From assembly GCA_963920595.1 (NCBI GenBank), contig OY986950.1, positions 310,001-374,000 on the forward strand: DNA of 64,000 nucleotides, given 5' to 3'. Of the stretch, positions 37,901-49,700 are shown piece after piece (the first letter of the stretch is position 1; each line of letters opens with the position of its first letter). The translations under genes were made by a program, and so were the position numbers. This DNA is from Eimeria praecox. Its lineage: Eukaryota. A model generated the notes under the pieces. That model saw nothing but the letters and a program-made list of their open reading frames with translations, was not told where the DNA came from and did no database searches.

Positions 37901-40900
37901 GCATGCGCTAGTGAGCGACAGGGCGTCTTGTGTGTGTTGGAAAGGCTCAAGTGATGGAGGAGGCCTGACAAGATATTCGGGTGAATATGGGCAAATAGCT
38001 GGTGCGTTTTAATGGCAGGGGAAGCGCAATGTTGCTTGTTCCTGCGGGGGGACGTTGTTTCTGTAGGTGTTCTCCATTAGTTAGCGTGCAAACAGGTTAG
38101 CAGAGCGTTTCTCGATCCAAGCTTCAAGCGCAGGAGCCTGTGCAATGTAGCAAGCCCTGATGAAGGCGTTTCCTGCTGGAATGAGTATGCGTTTGGTGCC
38201 CCCTCCGCAAATACGTACGATACTTCCATATAGCAGACGCTTTGCTGAGGCTGAGTGCACCAGTGACGGCTACTACAAAGTGCTCCAATGCGGCCCAATT
38301 AATGGCTGTTCCTCTTACCATGTGGCCATCTGCAATGCACCTTAATAGTGTGCCTGCACGCATCAGCATTGCGAATGCTTATGATCTATCCGAAGGACGT
38401 TGAAACGGCCACCATTCGCATCTATAAACGCCGTTGCTGATAATTCCATCTGCAGCGAAACGTTGACGATGTCAAGGAAGTGGACAGAGGATCTTTTGGG
38501 CTGTGTAAAATGCGTGGGATCACGCGAGGCGTGTAGCCTAAAATCCCGCGTTTCATTAAACGAAGATGCTCTTCCGCATTTGGCATGCCATTAGTCTTTG
38601 GAAGTGTGTCGCACATTCTGCCTGTTGACGCAGCCAGAACATGGGTGTTAAAATATCCTGCAGGCACGCAGAATACACTGAAAATGAGTGTACCTAAATA
38701 TCCCCTGAACGCATCGCAAGCCGCATGTTCACAAAGGCATTTCAAGCAAATGTACGAGGCAGTAAAGAAGTGATCCCGTGTATATGTGCAGGTGGCCGGT
38801 GGCTAGGAAAGCACAACCTAGGGTTGGCAGTTAGACAAGCATGGGATCGTCTGCGGTTGATACCGAGACAGCCTGTGGTGGGCCATCTTGTGACCAGCTT
38901 CTGCTGCAGCGGGATTGGGGATTGTTGACGGGTCGAGGAGTAAATTATGGCTCAGCCATGTGGGCGGATGGGTGAGGTGGGCCAAGGACCTATAACGGTT
39001 AGTGCTGTTGGGGCTTGTTTGCCCCTACTTGTGAAAGTGTTAGCCATGTAGTTTCTTGCGCCCCCATGCGTCTGTGTCCTAGGTGAGGCAGCCACTAGAG
39101 CGCGTCTATGCACTCGATGGGGCAGCTGGCTAACGCCATGCTGGCCAGGTGTGGTGCGGCATGAGGAAAGTAGGCAGGAACCTATCAGCTGCTGTCAACT
39201 TATTCTCATCCCCGTTAATGAATTTGCTCTTCTTGGCGGATGGGTGTCATAAGAGTCACCGGTGAACCCTCTAACAAGTCAGGCATTTGCAACAGAAGCA
39301 TCTACGCCGTAAATCCATTCATGTGCACAAGCTGGAGGCAGAATGCTTTAGGAGAGCGTGGCGCAGGCGTGAGGTGGCTTCCTTGGTGAAGGCTTGCATG
39401 CATAGTGCGGAGCAGTTCGAGTTGGAAACTCCTGCGTTAGTATTAAATCTTCTTGCGTGGGGCTGCCCAGGCAATTAGTGCATCGCAGAAAGTGTTTCAA
39501 TGCACGGGAAGCCACCGTGCAGCAAACAACAGGCGAAGTAGCAGACATTCGCAGTGGTATATGTAACCGGTTGCATCGAATTGTGAGGACTTGGATGGTT
39601 GGCGATGCTACGTCTAACCACCGCGAGAACAAGAGGATACACAGCTTGGCTGACACCGCGCAGCCCATGCACGATCGGTAATTGACGGTATGCTGCTTTC
39701 TACGCCACAGAAAGTACGGCGAGAGAAAGAAGCGTAGGATATTCACTGAATAATGAAACGGCGGGTGAACCTGCCAGTTAGAATAAAAAAAGGACATGGC
39801 ATTTCGCGGAACAGTTGTAACAGCCTCAGTAAGCCATCATTCCTACATGCAGTTGCTCTTGTTCCAGACAGCCCGAGCGGAGTATTATCCTGCGTGCAGT
39901 TGCCAACAAGCATTGCTGTTCGGCGCATAATGTTGCGCCCACAACCGTTTCGTCCAGTAGCCTTTTGCATCGTGTTTCCTGGCATTCCGCTCTGCAGCGT
40001 CACATCTGAACATTTTGCGGCTGCCTGCAGTGTATCTTGGAAGAAGGATCCATTTCCCAGGCAAAACTCGATATACTAGATGCATACACACAGAATCCAG
40101 AAACCTTAGGCGAACACCGCGAGCATAGGGCTGTTGGTGGATGGGTGCAGCTCCCTCAACAGCTTCATCTGGATATCTTGAGTGAGACTGCCGAGATTTG
40201 CATTCCACTGCCCTCACAAGTGCAACGCTTGTGCCATTTGCTCCGCTTTCCCGCTGGATTGACCACGGCGAAACGGTCGATATGTTAGGCAGCGCACGAA
40301 TCCTCGAGACGTCGCGTAAGAGCTGCAGAGCACTTCAGGGCATTTCAGCAGCAATTACTTACGTTACGTACCTGGCTGCTTGGCTGTCCAGGCAGTGGAT
40401 CGGCTACTTCGAGCGATGAAGCACTGCTAAGCTGCAAAGTCCTCTGTATGATACCACCTTTGGTTATTGCCATGAAATGTCGCTTTTGCCTCACATGAGT
40501 ATGTGGTTACACGGCAGGGATCAACTTTGTTTATGGCTACTCATTAAGATACGCGAGCACGTAAACAGGCGGCGCGTGCAGGCGTCAAGCCCTATGCACT
40601 GGCAAGTACCAACACTTGCTCTGCAAGACCATCAGCCTGAATTTAAATCGAGCGCATATCCTTCCAGCGTTTTGCACCTGCACCCAGCAATGCTGTAGAA
40701 TGGCATAGACTGGCACTTGCTTCTTTAAGCATAAAAGACTCAGCATTGAGTGATGGGCGCAAATGGAATGATTGGCGGTGGCCCGCTGAGGCGCGACGCC
40801 GGCTTTGCCCGTTGCGCATTACTCTCATGCATCACTGCCCTTTGCAGGCTACTTTCGTTGACACTAAACGCGTAGAGTGGGCACTTGAGGTTCATATCAT

Positions 40901-42930
40901 TGTGAATAGAACATGATAGCACATTGAGGGGGTACGCGCTGCGGATGCCCCGACGTTAAACGTTAAGGTTCTGCGGCCTAAGAGCAGCCAAGGAGTTTCT
41001 TCCATCACGCGCCTTGGCTGCAGTGCCCCCTTCTGATGGTTTGTCTTTTTGCTTAGTGGGACGATGCGCGGCATGCGCTAGTGAGCGACAGGGCGTCTTG
41101 TGTGTGTTGGAAAGGCTCAAGTGATGGAGGAGGCCTGACAAGATATTCGGGTGAATATGGGCAAATAGCTGGTGCGTTTTAATGGCAGGGGAAGCGCAAT
41201 GTTGCTTGTTCCTGCGGGGGGACGTTGTTTCTGTAGGTGTTCTCCATTAGTTAGCGTGCAAACAGGTTAGCAGAGCGTTTCTCGATCCAAGCTTCAAGCG
41301 CAGGAGCCTGTGCAATGTAGCAAGCCCTGATGAAGGCGTTTCCTGCTGGAATGAGTATGCGTTTGGTGCCCCCTCCGCAAATACGTACGATACTTCCATA
41401 TAGCAGACGCTTTGCTGAGGCTGAGTGCACCAGTGACGGCTACTACAAAGTGCTCCAATGCGGCCCAATTAATGGCTGTTCCTCTTACCATGTGGCCATC
41501 TGCAATGCACCTTAATAGTGTGCCTGCACGCATCAGCATTGCGAATGCTTATGATCTATCCGAAGGACGTTGAAACGGCCACCATTCGCATCTATAAACG
41601 CCGTTGCTGATAATTCCATCTGCAGCGAAACGTTGACGATGTCAAGGAAGTGGACAGAGGATCTTTTGGGCTGTGTAAAATGCGTGGGATCACGCGAGGC
41701 GTGTAGCCTAAAATCCCGCGTTTCATTAAACGAAGATGCTCTTCCGCATTTGGCATGCCATTAGTCTTTGGAAGTGCGTAACACGTTTGGGCTGTTGGCG
41801 CAACCAAAGCACGCATATGGATGCAAATTGTACTCATGGAGTATATTCTGAAAAAGGGCGTACGGATACATAGCAAGGAGCTGCGTAGACCAGGCCGGGA
41901 ATGACCCAGCGTATTTTGGTAGCTCTGGTAGGATGCCGAGCACTTTGCGTGCTCGACTCACAATGAACGCATCGCAAGCCGCATGTTCACAAAGGCATTT
42001 CAAGCAAATGTACGAGGCAGTAAAGAAGTGATCCCGTGTATATGTGCAGGTGGCCGGTGGCTAGGAAAGCACAACCTAGGGTTGGCAGTTAGACAAGCAT
42101 GGGATCGTCTGCAGTTGATACCGAGACAGCCTGTGGTGGGCCATCTTGTGACCAGCTTCTGCTGCAGCGCGATTGGGGATTGTTGACGGGTCGAGGAGTA
42201 AATTATGGCTCAGCCATGTGGGCGGATGGGTGAGGTGGACCAATGACCTACAGCGGTTAGTGCTGTTGGGGCTTGTTTGCCCCTACGTGAGAAAGTGTTA
42301 GCCATATAGTTTTTTGCGCCCCCATGCGTCTGTGTCCTAGGTGAGGCAGCCGCTAGTTGCGTCTACGCACTCGATTGGCCAGCCACTAGCGTGGGTCTGT
42401 GCAGTAGATTGAGCAGCTGGCTAACATCCCTCTGGCAAAATGCGTTGCGAATTGCAAGGACGTAATTATTCATGCGGGACATAAAATTTGGCGAGTGGCG
42501 GACCATCAATTATTTCGTGTATGGGTGGATTCTGGCGTTTTTGTATCAGCCCTTGCAATAGCCTAGCACTGCGTCGGAGCGCCAGTCTTAACATTAAAGC
42601 CAACGTGCGCGTAGGAGATATTTCTTTGGAGAACTGAAGTATCATAGCATACGCCACGAATGGCGCACATCACGTTTGCGGGCATGCGGCTACTCTTCGC
42701 CCCCTGCGTATGAGTCTACTGTGTAGACTGGCCCCAATGCTCATTGGGTGAGCATTTTGAGGCACTACCTTGATTGTGCAGAGCTTGATGTTACTGACAT
42801 GAGTGTTCTTGTCAGTTTACTCAACGAAATGGAGCTTTTTCAAAGCTCTGGCTCAACCGGTACGCGCTGGCGCTCCAGTGCATCAAAGGAACAGCCAGAG
42901 ACGCATTTCGCCTTGCGGGGTTACCACAAG
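32000..42930 (+). mobile_element. Decayed Ty3/gypsy element (protease, RT, RNase H, integrase N-terminus) with its pol core triplicated
   Basis: VALDT..ISR (protease, ~32900), RDTLTH (~DWL..H), FPAGLTTAKR (~LP.GLPP.R, ~33830), YAFGA (~YAIGA, ~34930), QLMAV (~ELLA), NEDALPHL (~VADALSRL, ~35310), GLPRQLVHRRK (~GLLQ.L.IP.R.W, ~36290), ELFQSSGSTGTRW (~42840). Confidence 0.62.
33211..42436. repeat. Tandem array, ~3.2-kb unit (3258 and 3170 bp), ~2.9 copies
   Basis: ACACAGCTTGGCTGACACCGCG at 33211, 36469, 39639; equivalent ORFs at 33325/36583/39753 and others. Confidence 0.97.
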
Positions 42931-42939
42931 GGAAGTCCG

Positions 42940-43112
42940 AAAGGGACGTGTTGGGGCACAGTGACGCTAAATGGCGAGGATGCTGTCATCATATCATCCT
43001 CGCCATTTAACGTCACTGTGCCCCAACACGTCCCTTTTGCACACGAAGGCTGCCCACAGAGTGGTAACGGCTGCCAGTCGTTAACACTCTGTGGACAGCC
43101 TTCGTATGCAAA
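42940..43112. other. Two back-to-back near-perfect hairpins (43-bp arms with 1 mismatch; 34-bp arms with 3 mismatches)
   Basis: 42940-42982 pairs with 42995-43037; 43036-43069 pairs with 43079-43112. The same peptides (KGTCWGTVTLNGED, EGCPQS) appear in ORFs on both strands. Confidence 0.96.
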
Positions 43113-43749
43113 CGATTTGGCGTTGTACACAAAGATGGCACAACCGTGCTCTGCATCTTGCGTTTTTCCTTAACTGAACAGCATTTGTTGACGCCAGAAC
43201 TGTCTGCCATGGCATCATGCAGTGACAGGCGGGTTGCCGACGCTGGAGCTACCTAGATCCCTATAGATATAAGGTGAGAGTAAGCCGGCTATGCACATCA
43301 ATAATGTGCTGGGTGCTCGTGTGTGCTTTCGTGACAATGGACCGCAGACGCTGGGCCTGCAGCGCCTATGTGCGTCCTAAGCAGACAGTTTTGAATAAAT
43401 ATGGGGGTTTAAGCCGTGGCATTGTCGGGATTATACCGGGTTTTAAATTGATGCTGTTGGCTGGTAGGAGCATATGGAAATTTTTGTACAAGTGCAGAGC
43501 TTGCGTTTGGTCTTCGTCGCCTGTCCACAAGAGGCGGCATGCACTTTCAATTTACCTGTTAGTTGCAATTGGCCAGAAGCACTTACAGAAAGTTGCATGA
43601 CAGATTCCATGATTTGCACTGCAGGACTTTGATCCTTAAACTACGAGCGAAAGCTCAGGCCCCACGCAGCTGTGGCATTTGCAACTCGCCGGTGCATTAG
43701 AGCGCATGATACGCTGCTGATTCTATGCTTAATCGGTTTATGCATGATA

Positions 43750-46700
43750 TACCTACTTTTGCATTGGTGATAGCCATAGATTCGACTTTAAGGCGATTGC
43801 CCGAACTGGTTTAGGCAGCGTTCGGAGGCAAACGATTGGAACCTAAGCTTTTCGAGCTCCATGCCACAAATGGTGCAGGGGTTAAAATTATGAATAAGCT
43901 TTTTGAGGAATGCGTCTATGCTGAGGCATGCTTTCCTGTTACAGTGGCAATATATTGCCGAAGTGCCGAGCGCACTGGCTGTGCAAAAATTTGTCGCTTT
44001 TGCCCACATGCAAGTGACCAGTAACGTCAAGGGGTGCACACTGTGCCTGGCAAACGCAAATGGCGTCATACAAATACGGCCACGCATGATGGTTATGCAT
44101 TGCATCACACAGTGATGCCACTGAGGCGTTGCGTTTCCTGATTTATGAGGGCCACGATAGTCTGCCTTGCCTGCAAATAATGTGTGACTGAGGGTTTGCC
44201 TATCAAATTCGCTGTATAATGATACCTCCTTTGCTCTGGATGCTTGTATCTTGGCACTGAATCCACTTTAGGGTGTCGCTCAGTGCAAGTTTACTGATGA
44301 ATGCTTTTAGTCAGCATCTAGGGTTTATCCTTGTTCTGACACCCCTAGCAGTTGTGTATGCCAATGGGAGCATTCCGCGAGTCACGATGCTGTAGCTGCC
44401 ACCAAGGCAGAAACGCAAGCATTACCAAATTTTCATAGATTTGGCAGCGCATATATATCATTTCAGGCTACCCCTGGAAAGCGGCTACAAAACACTACGA
44501 AAGCACCATAGAGCCACTTCTACGTGTTTCTTAAGCTACCCGAGGCATCCGACACCTCTAATGCCTACTACTTCAGAAGGTGCGTACCGCGGTATAAACC
44601 GCATTATCACTTAACGAGCGAAACGCCAAGATGCCCTGATACTTCTAGTCGTACTCATCTACGGCTCCGCCTCCGAAGACGTCCTGTTCCGCACATATAA
44701 GAGGCCTCCTCTGGATTCGCGCATCAATAGGGCCTTTCTTGCTTTCGACCGTTTGTCATGTCCCTTGGTGCCAAGTGCTAGACACGGTTTATCCAGAACG
44801 ATTCCCTTGCAGCAGTTCACGTCCGGGGATAGGGCACGTCGCATGTTTCGGCAGACTAAATATAATGTTTCGCAATCGTGAATAAATGCTTACGTTCGTA
44901 TCCAGTAGTGCCGAATTGCGGTGGAGCAGTCCAGATTGCTTATGCGCTCCCGACCCGACAGCAATTAAGTGGGCCTGCTTCTAGCTGTGCGGTAGATATT
45001 CTTCGTCTGTTCACGGTGGACATGGACCGCATACGGGACGTGAACCGGCAGCCTAACTCTCGTTTCCATTTAGGTGTGACTTTGTTGGCTATGGCAAACA
45101 GGTGGTGCGTCATAACTGCAGCGATGTCCGGATGCCACGTCCCGTCCCAAGAGAGCTCTGTTTCGATGAGTACGAGACGCTACCATATCCGACGCCAGGC
45201 GCTGAGCGTTGCTTCGGCCAAGCATCTAGGGCGGCCGAAAACATGGTGCATGACGTTTTCAGCGGCAGTGCAAGGTGCTTATCCAGGCAAATGGTTGGCT
45301 TACTTGTGTTACGAAAAGGCCAAGAGCCGCGTCGTCCTTGAAGGCCTGCCTGTGGCGTATTTAGGGAACAGCTTGAATCCATCACGGTGTGCATTAGCCT
45401 GTTTTCTGGAATATCGCATTGTGTAGAGAGTCCTCCGTGCATGCTATAATGGAAGACGCCACGCTGCAGTATGATATGGTTGTGAATGCTTGGCACTCAA
45501 GCTGTGCAGCACGCTGGCAGGCATCAAGGACAGGCGTGGAATTCTTGGTAAATGCTTTAATTTGGAGGCGAAATAAAGATGCGGCGCAGCACGTCGATAG
45601 ACAGGTTGCTGCACGGGCGGTCTATCCACGTGCTTCATGCATGACGCGTGTAGCCTGCGTCCCGACGTCCAGTGCCTTCGTCATTGCAGCAGATGCGTAG
45701 TGCGCTTTGGGGAATGTCAGATGGAGTATTCGCTTCGACGGACAATGCAAGCTAGGCATTTGTGAAATCTATATTCGGCGATTGAGGCATATCAAGCTGC
45801 TTATGCTGCATAGTGCTTGAGATAGCTCGGATGAAGCTTCGACCTCCATGCTCCTGTATGTGGGACCGTAAAGGTACATAGCGCCGCGTGAGAGGAGGCA
45901 TTGCGCGCACGGTGCGAAAGCTTCGATGTAGATGGAACTGTGCATAATTGCTTTCTTCTTAGAGGACCAGGACACACATTAGCAGACCATGGGGTGCTCC
46001 CTGCTCCTCGTTTTCTTCAATCCTCGTATTCGACACACTTCAGATTGATCAGCTGGGCCTCATTGTGATATTGCGCAGCACGTTTGTTGTGCAGAGTGCA
46101 TCTCTTGGCATCTACCGTTTGTCATGCCCCTTGGTGCTAAGTGCTAGGCACGGTTTATCCAGAATGATTCCCTTGCAGCAGTTCGCGTCCGGGGATAGGG
46201 CACGTCGCATGTTTCGGCAGACTAAATATAATGCTTCGTGATCGTGAATAAATACTTACGTTCGTATCCAGTAGTGCCGCATTGCGGTGGAGCAGTCCAG
46301 ATTGCTTATGCGCTCCCGACCCGACAGCAATTGAGTGGGCCTGCTTCTAGCTGTGCGGTAGATATTCTTCGTCTGTTCACGGTGGACATGGACCGCATAC
46401 GGGACGTGAACCGGCAGCCTAACTCTCGTTTCCATTTAGGTGTGACTTTGTTGGCTATGGCAAACAGGTGGTGCGTCATAACTGCAGCGATGTCCGGATG
46501 CCACGTCCCGTCCCATGAGAGCTCTTTTTCGATGAGTACGAGACGCTACCATATCCGACGCCAGGCGCTGAGCGTTGCTTCGGCCAAGCATCTAGGGCAG
46601 CTGGAAACATGGTGCATGACGTTTTCAGCGGCAGTGCAAGGTGCTTATCCAGGCAAATGGTTGGCTTACTTGTGTTACGAAAAGGCCAAGAACCGCGTCG

Positions 46701-49700
46701 TCCTTGAAGGCCTGCCTGTGGCGTATTTAGGGAACAGCTTGAATCCATCACGGTGTGCATTAGCCTGTTTTCTGGAATATCGCATTGTGTAGAGAGTCCT
46801 CCGTGCATGCTATAATGGAAGACGCCACGCTGCAGTATGATATGGTTGTGAATGCTTGGCACTCAAGCTGTGCAGCACGCTGGCAGGCATCAAGGACAGG
46901 CGTGGAATTCTTGGTAAATGCTTTAATTTGGAGGCGAAATAAAGATGGGGCGCAGCACGTCGATAGACAGGTTGCTGTACGGGCGGTCTATCCACGTGCC
47001 TCATGCATGACGCGTGTAGCCTGCGTCCCGACGTCCAGTGCCTTCGTCATTGCAGCAGATGCGTAGTGCGCTTTGGGGAATGTCAGATGGAGTATTCGCT
47101 TCGACGGACAATGCAAGCTAGGCATTTGTGAAATCTATATTCGGCGATTGAGGCATATCAAGCTGCTTATGCTGCATAGTGCTTGAGGTAGCTCGGATGA
47201 AGCTTCGATCTCCATGCTCCTGTATGTGGGACCGTAAAGGTACATAGCGCCGCGTGAGAGGAGGCATTGCGCACACGGTGCGAAAGCTTCGATGTAGATG
47301 GAACTGTGCATAATTGCTTTCTTCTTAGAGGACCAGGACACACATTAGCAGACCATGGGGTGCTCCCTGCTCCTCGTTTTCTTCAATCCTCGTATTCGAC
47401 ACACTTCAGATTGATCAGCTGGGCCTCATTGTGATATTGCGCAGCACATTTGTTGTGCAGAGTGCATCTCTTGGCATCTACCGTTTGTCATGCCCCTTGG
47501 TGCTAAGTGCTAGGCACGGTTTATCCAGAATGATTCCCTTGCAGCAGTTCGCGTCCGGGGATAGGGCACGTCGCATGTTTCGGCAGACTAAATATAATGT
47601 TTCGTGATCGTGAATAAACACTTACGTTCGTATCCAGTAGTGCCGCATTGCGGTGGAGCAGTCCAGATTGCTTATGCGCTCCCGACCCGACAGCAATTAA
47701 GTGGGCCTGCTTCTAGCTGTGCGGTAGATATTCTTCGTCTGTTCACGGTGGACATGGACCGCATACGGGACATGAACCGGCAGCCTAACTCTCGTTTCCA
47801 TTTAGGTGTGACTTTGTTGGCTATGGCAAGCAGCCGGTGCGTCATAACTGCAGGGATGTCCGGATGCCACGTCCCGTCCCATGAGAGCTCTTTTTCGATG
47901 AGTACGAGACGCTACCATATCCGACGCCAGGCGCTGAGCGTTGCTTCGGCCAAGCATCTAGGGCGGCCGAAAACATGGTGCATGACGTTTTCAGCGGCAG
48001 TGCAAGGTGCTTATCCAGGCAAATGGTTGGCTTACTTGTGTTACGAAAAGGCCAAGAGCCGCGTCGTCCTTGAAGGCCTGCCTGTGGCGTATTTAGGGAA
48101 CAGCTTGAATCCATCACGGTGTGCATTAGCCTGTTTTCTGGAATATCGCATTGTGTAGAGAGTCCTCCGTGCATGCTATAATGGAAGACGCCACGCTGCA
48201 GTATGATATGGTTGTGAATGCTTGGCACTCAAGCTGTGCAGCACGCTGGCAGGCATCAAGGACAGGCGTGGAATTCTTGGTAAATGCTTTAATTTGGAGG
48301 CGAAATAAAGATGCGGCGCAGCACGTCGATAGACAGGTTGCTGCACGGGCGGTCTATCCACGTGCTTCATGCATGACGCGTGTAGCCTGCGTCCCGACGT
48401 CCAGTGCCTTCGTCATTGCAGCAGATGCGTAGTGCGCTTTGGGGAATGTCAGATGGAGTATTCGCTTCGACGGACAATGCAAGCTAGGCATTTGTGAAAT
48501 CTATATTCGGCGATTGAGGCATATCAAGCTGCTTATGCTGCATAGTGCTTGAGATAGCTCGGATGAAGCTTCGATCTCCATGCTCCTATATGTGGCACCG
48601 TAAAGGTACATAGCGCCGCGTGAGAGGAGGCATTGCGCACACGGTGCGAAAGCTTCGATGTAGATGGAACTGTGCATAATTGCTTTCTTCTTAGAGGACC
48701 AGGACACACATTAGCAGACCATGGGGTGCTCCCTGCTCCTCGTTTTCTTCAATCCTCGTATTCGACACACTTCAGATTGATCAGCTGGGCCTCATTGTGA
48801 TATTGCGCAGCACGTTTGTTGTGCAGAGTGCATCTCTTGGCATCTACCGTTTGTCATGCCCCTTGGTGCTAAGTGCTAGGCACGGTTTATCCAGAATGAT
48901 TCCCTTGCAGCAGTTCGCGTCCGGGGATAGGGCACGTCGCATGTTTCAGCAGGCTAAATGTAATGTTTCGTGATCGTGAATAAATACTTACGTTCGTATC
49001 CAGTAGTGCCGCATTGCGGTGGAGCAGTCCAGATTGCTTATGCGCTCCCGACCCGACAGCAATTAAGTGGGCCTGCTTCTAGCTGTGCGGTAGATATTCT
49101 TCGTCTGTTCACGGTGGACATGGACCGCATACGGGACGTGAACCGGCAGCCTAACTCTCGTTTCCATTTAGGTGTGACTTTGTTGGCTATGGCAAGCAGC
49201 CGGTGCGTCATAACTGCAGGGATGTCCGGATGCCACGTCCCGTCCCATGAGAGCTCTTTTTCGATGAGAACGAGACGCTACCATATCCGACGCCAGGCGC
49301 TGAGCGTTGCTTCGGCCAAGCATCTAGGGCAGCTGGAAACATGGTGCATGACGTTTTCAGCGGCAGTGCAAGGTGCTTATCCAGGCAAATGGTTGGCTTA
49401 CTTGTGTTACGAAAAGGCCAAGAACCGCGTCGTCCTTGAAGGCCTGCCTGTGGCGTATTTAGGGAACAGCTTGAATCCATCACGGTGTGCATTAGCCTGT
49501 TTTCTGGAATATCGCATTGTGTAGAGAGTCCTCCGTGCATGCTATAATGGAAGACGCCACGCTGCAGTATGATATGGTTGTGAATGCTTGGCACTCAAGC
49601 TGTGCAGCACGCTGGCAGGCATCAAGGACAGGCGTGGAATTCTTGGTAAATGCTTTAATTTGGAGGCGAAATAAAGATGGGGCGCAGCACGTCGATAGAC

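Noticed and set aside
44878..49524. Expressed 182-184 aa multicopy gene in the 1366 unit, or an active reverse transcriptase
   Set aside because: The ORF is an RT/RNase H connection remnant. The catalytic YLDD is destroyed and the flanking frames are broken.
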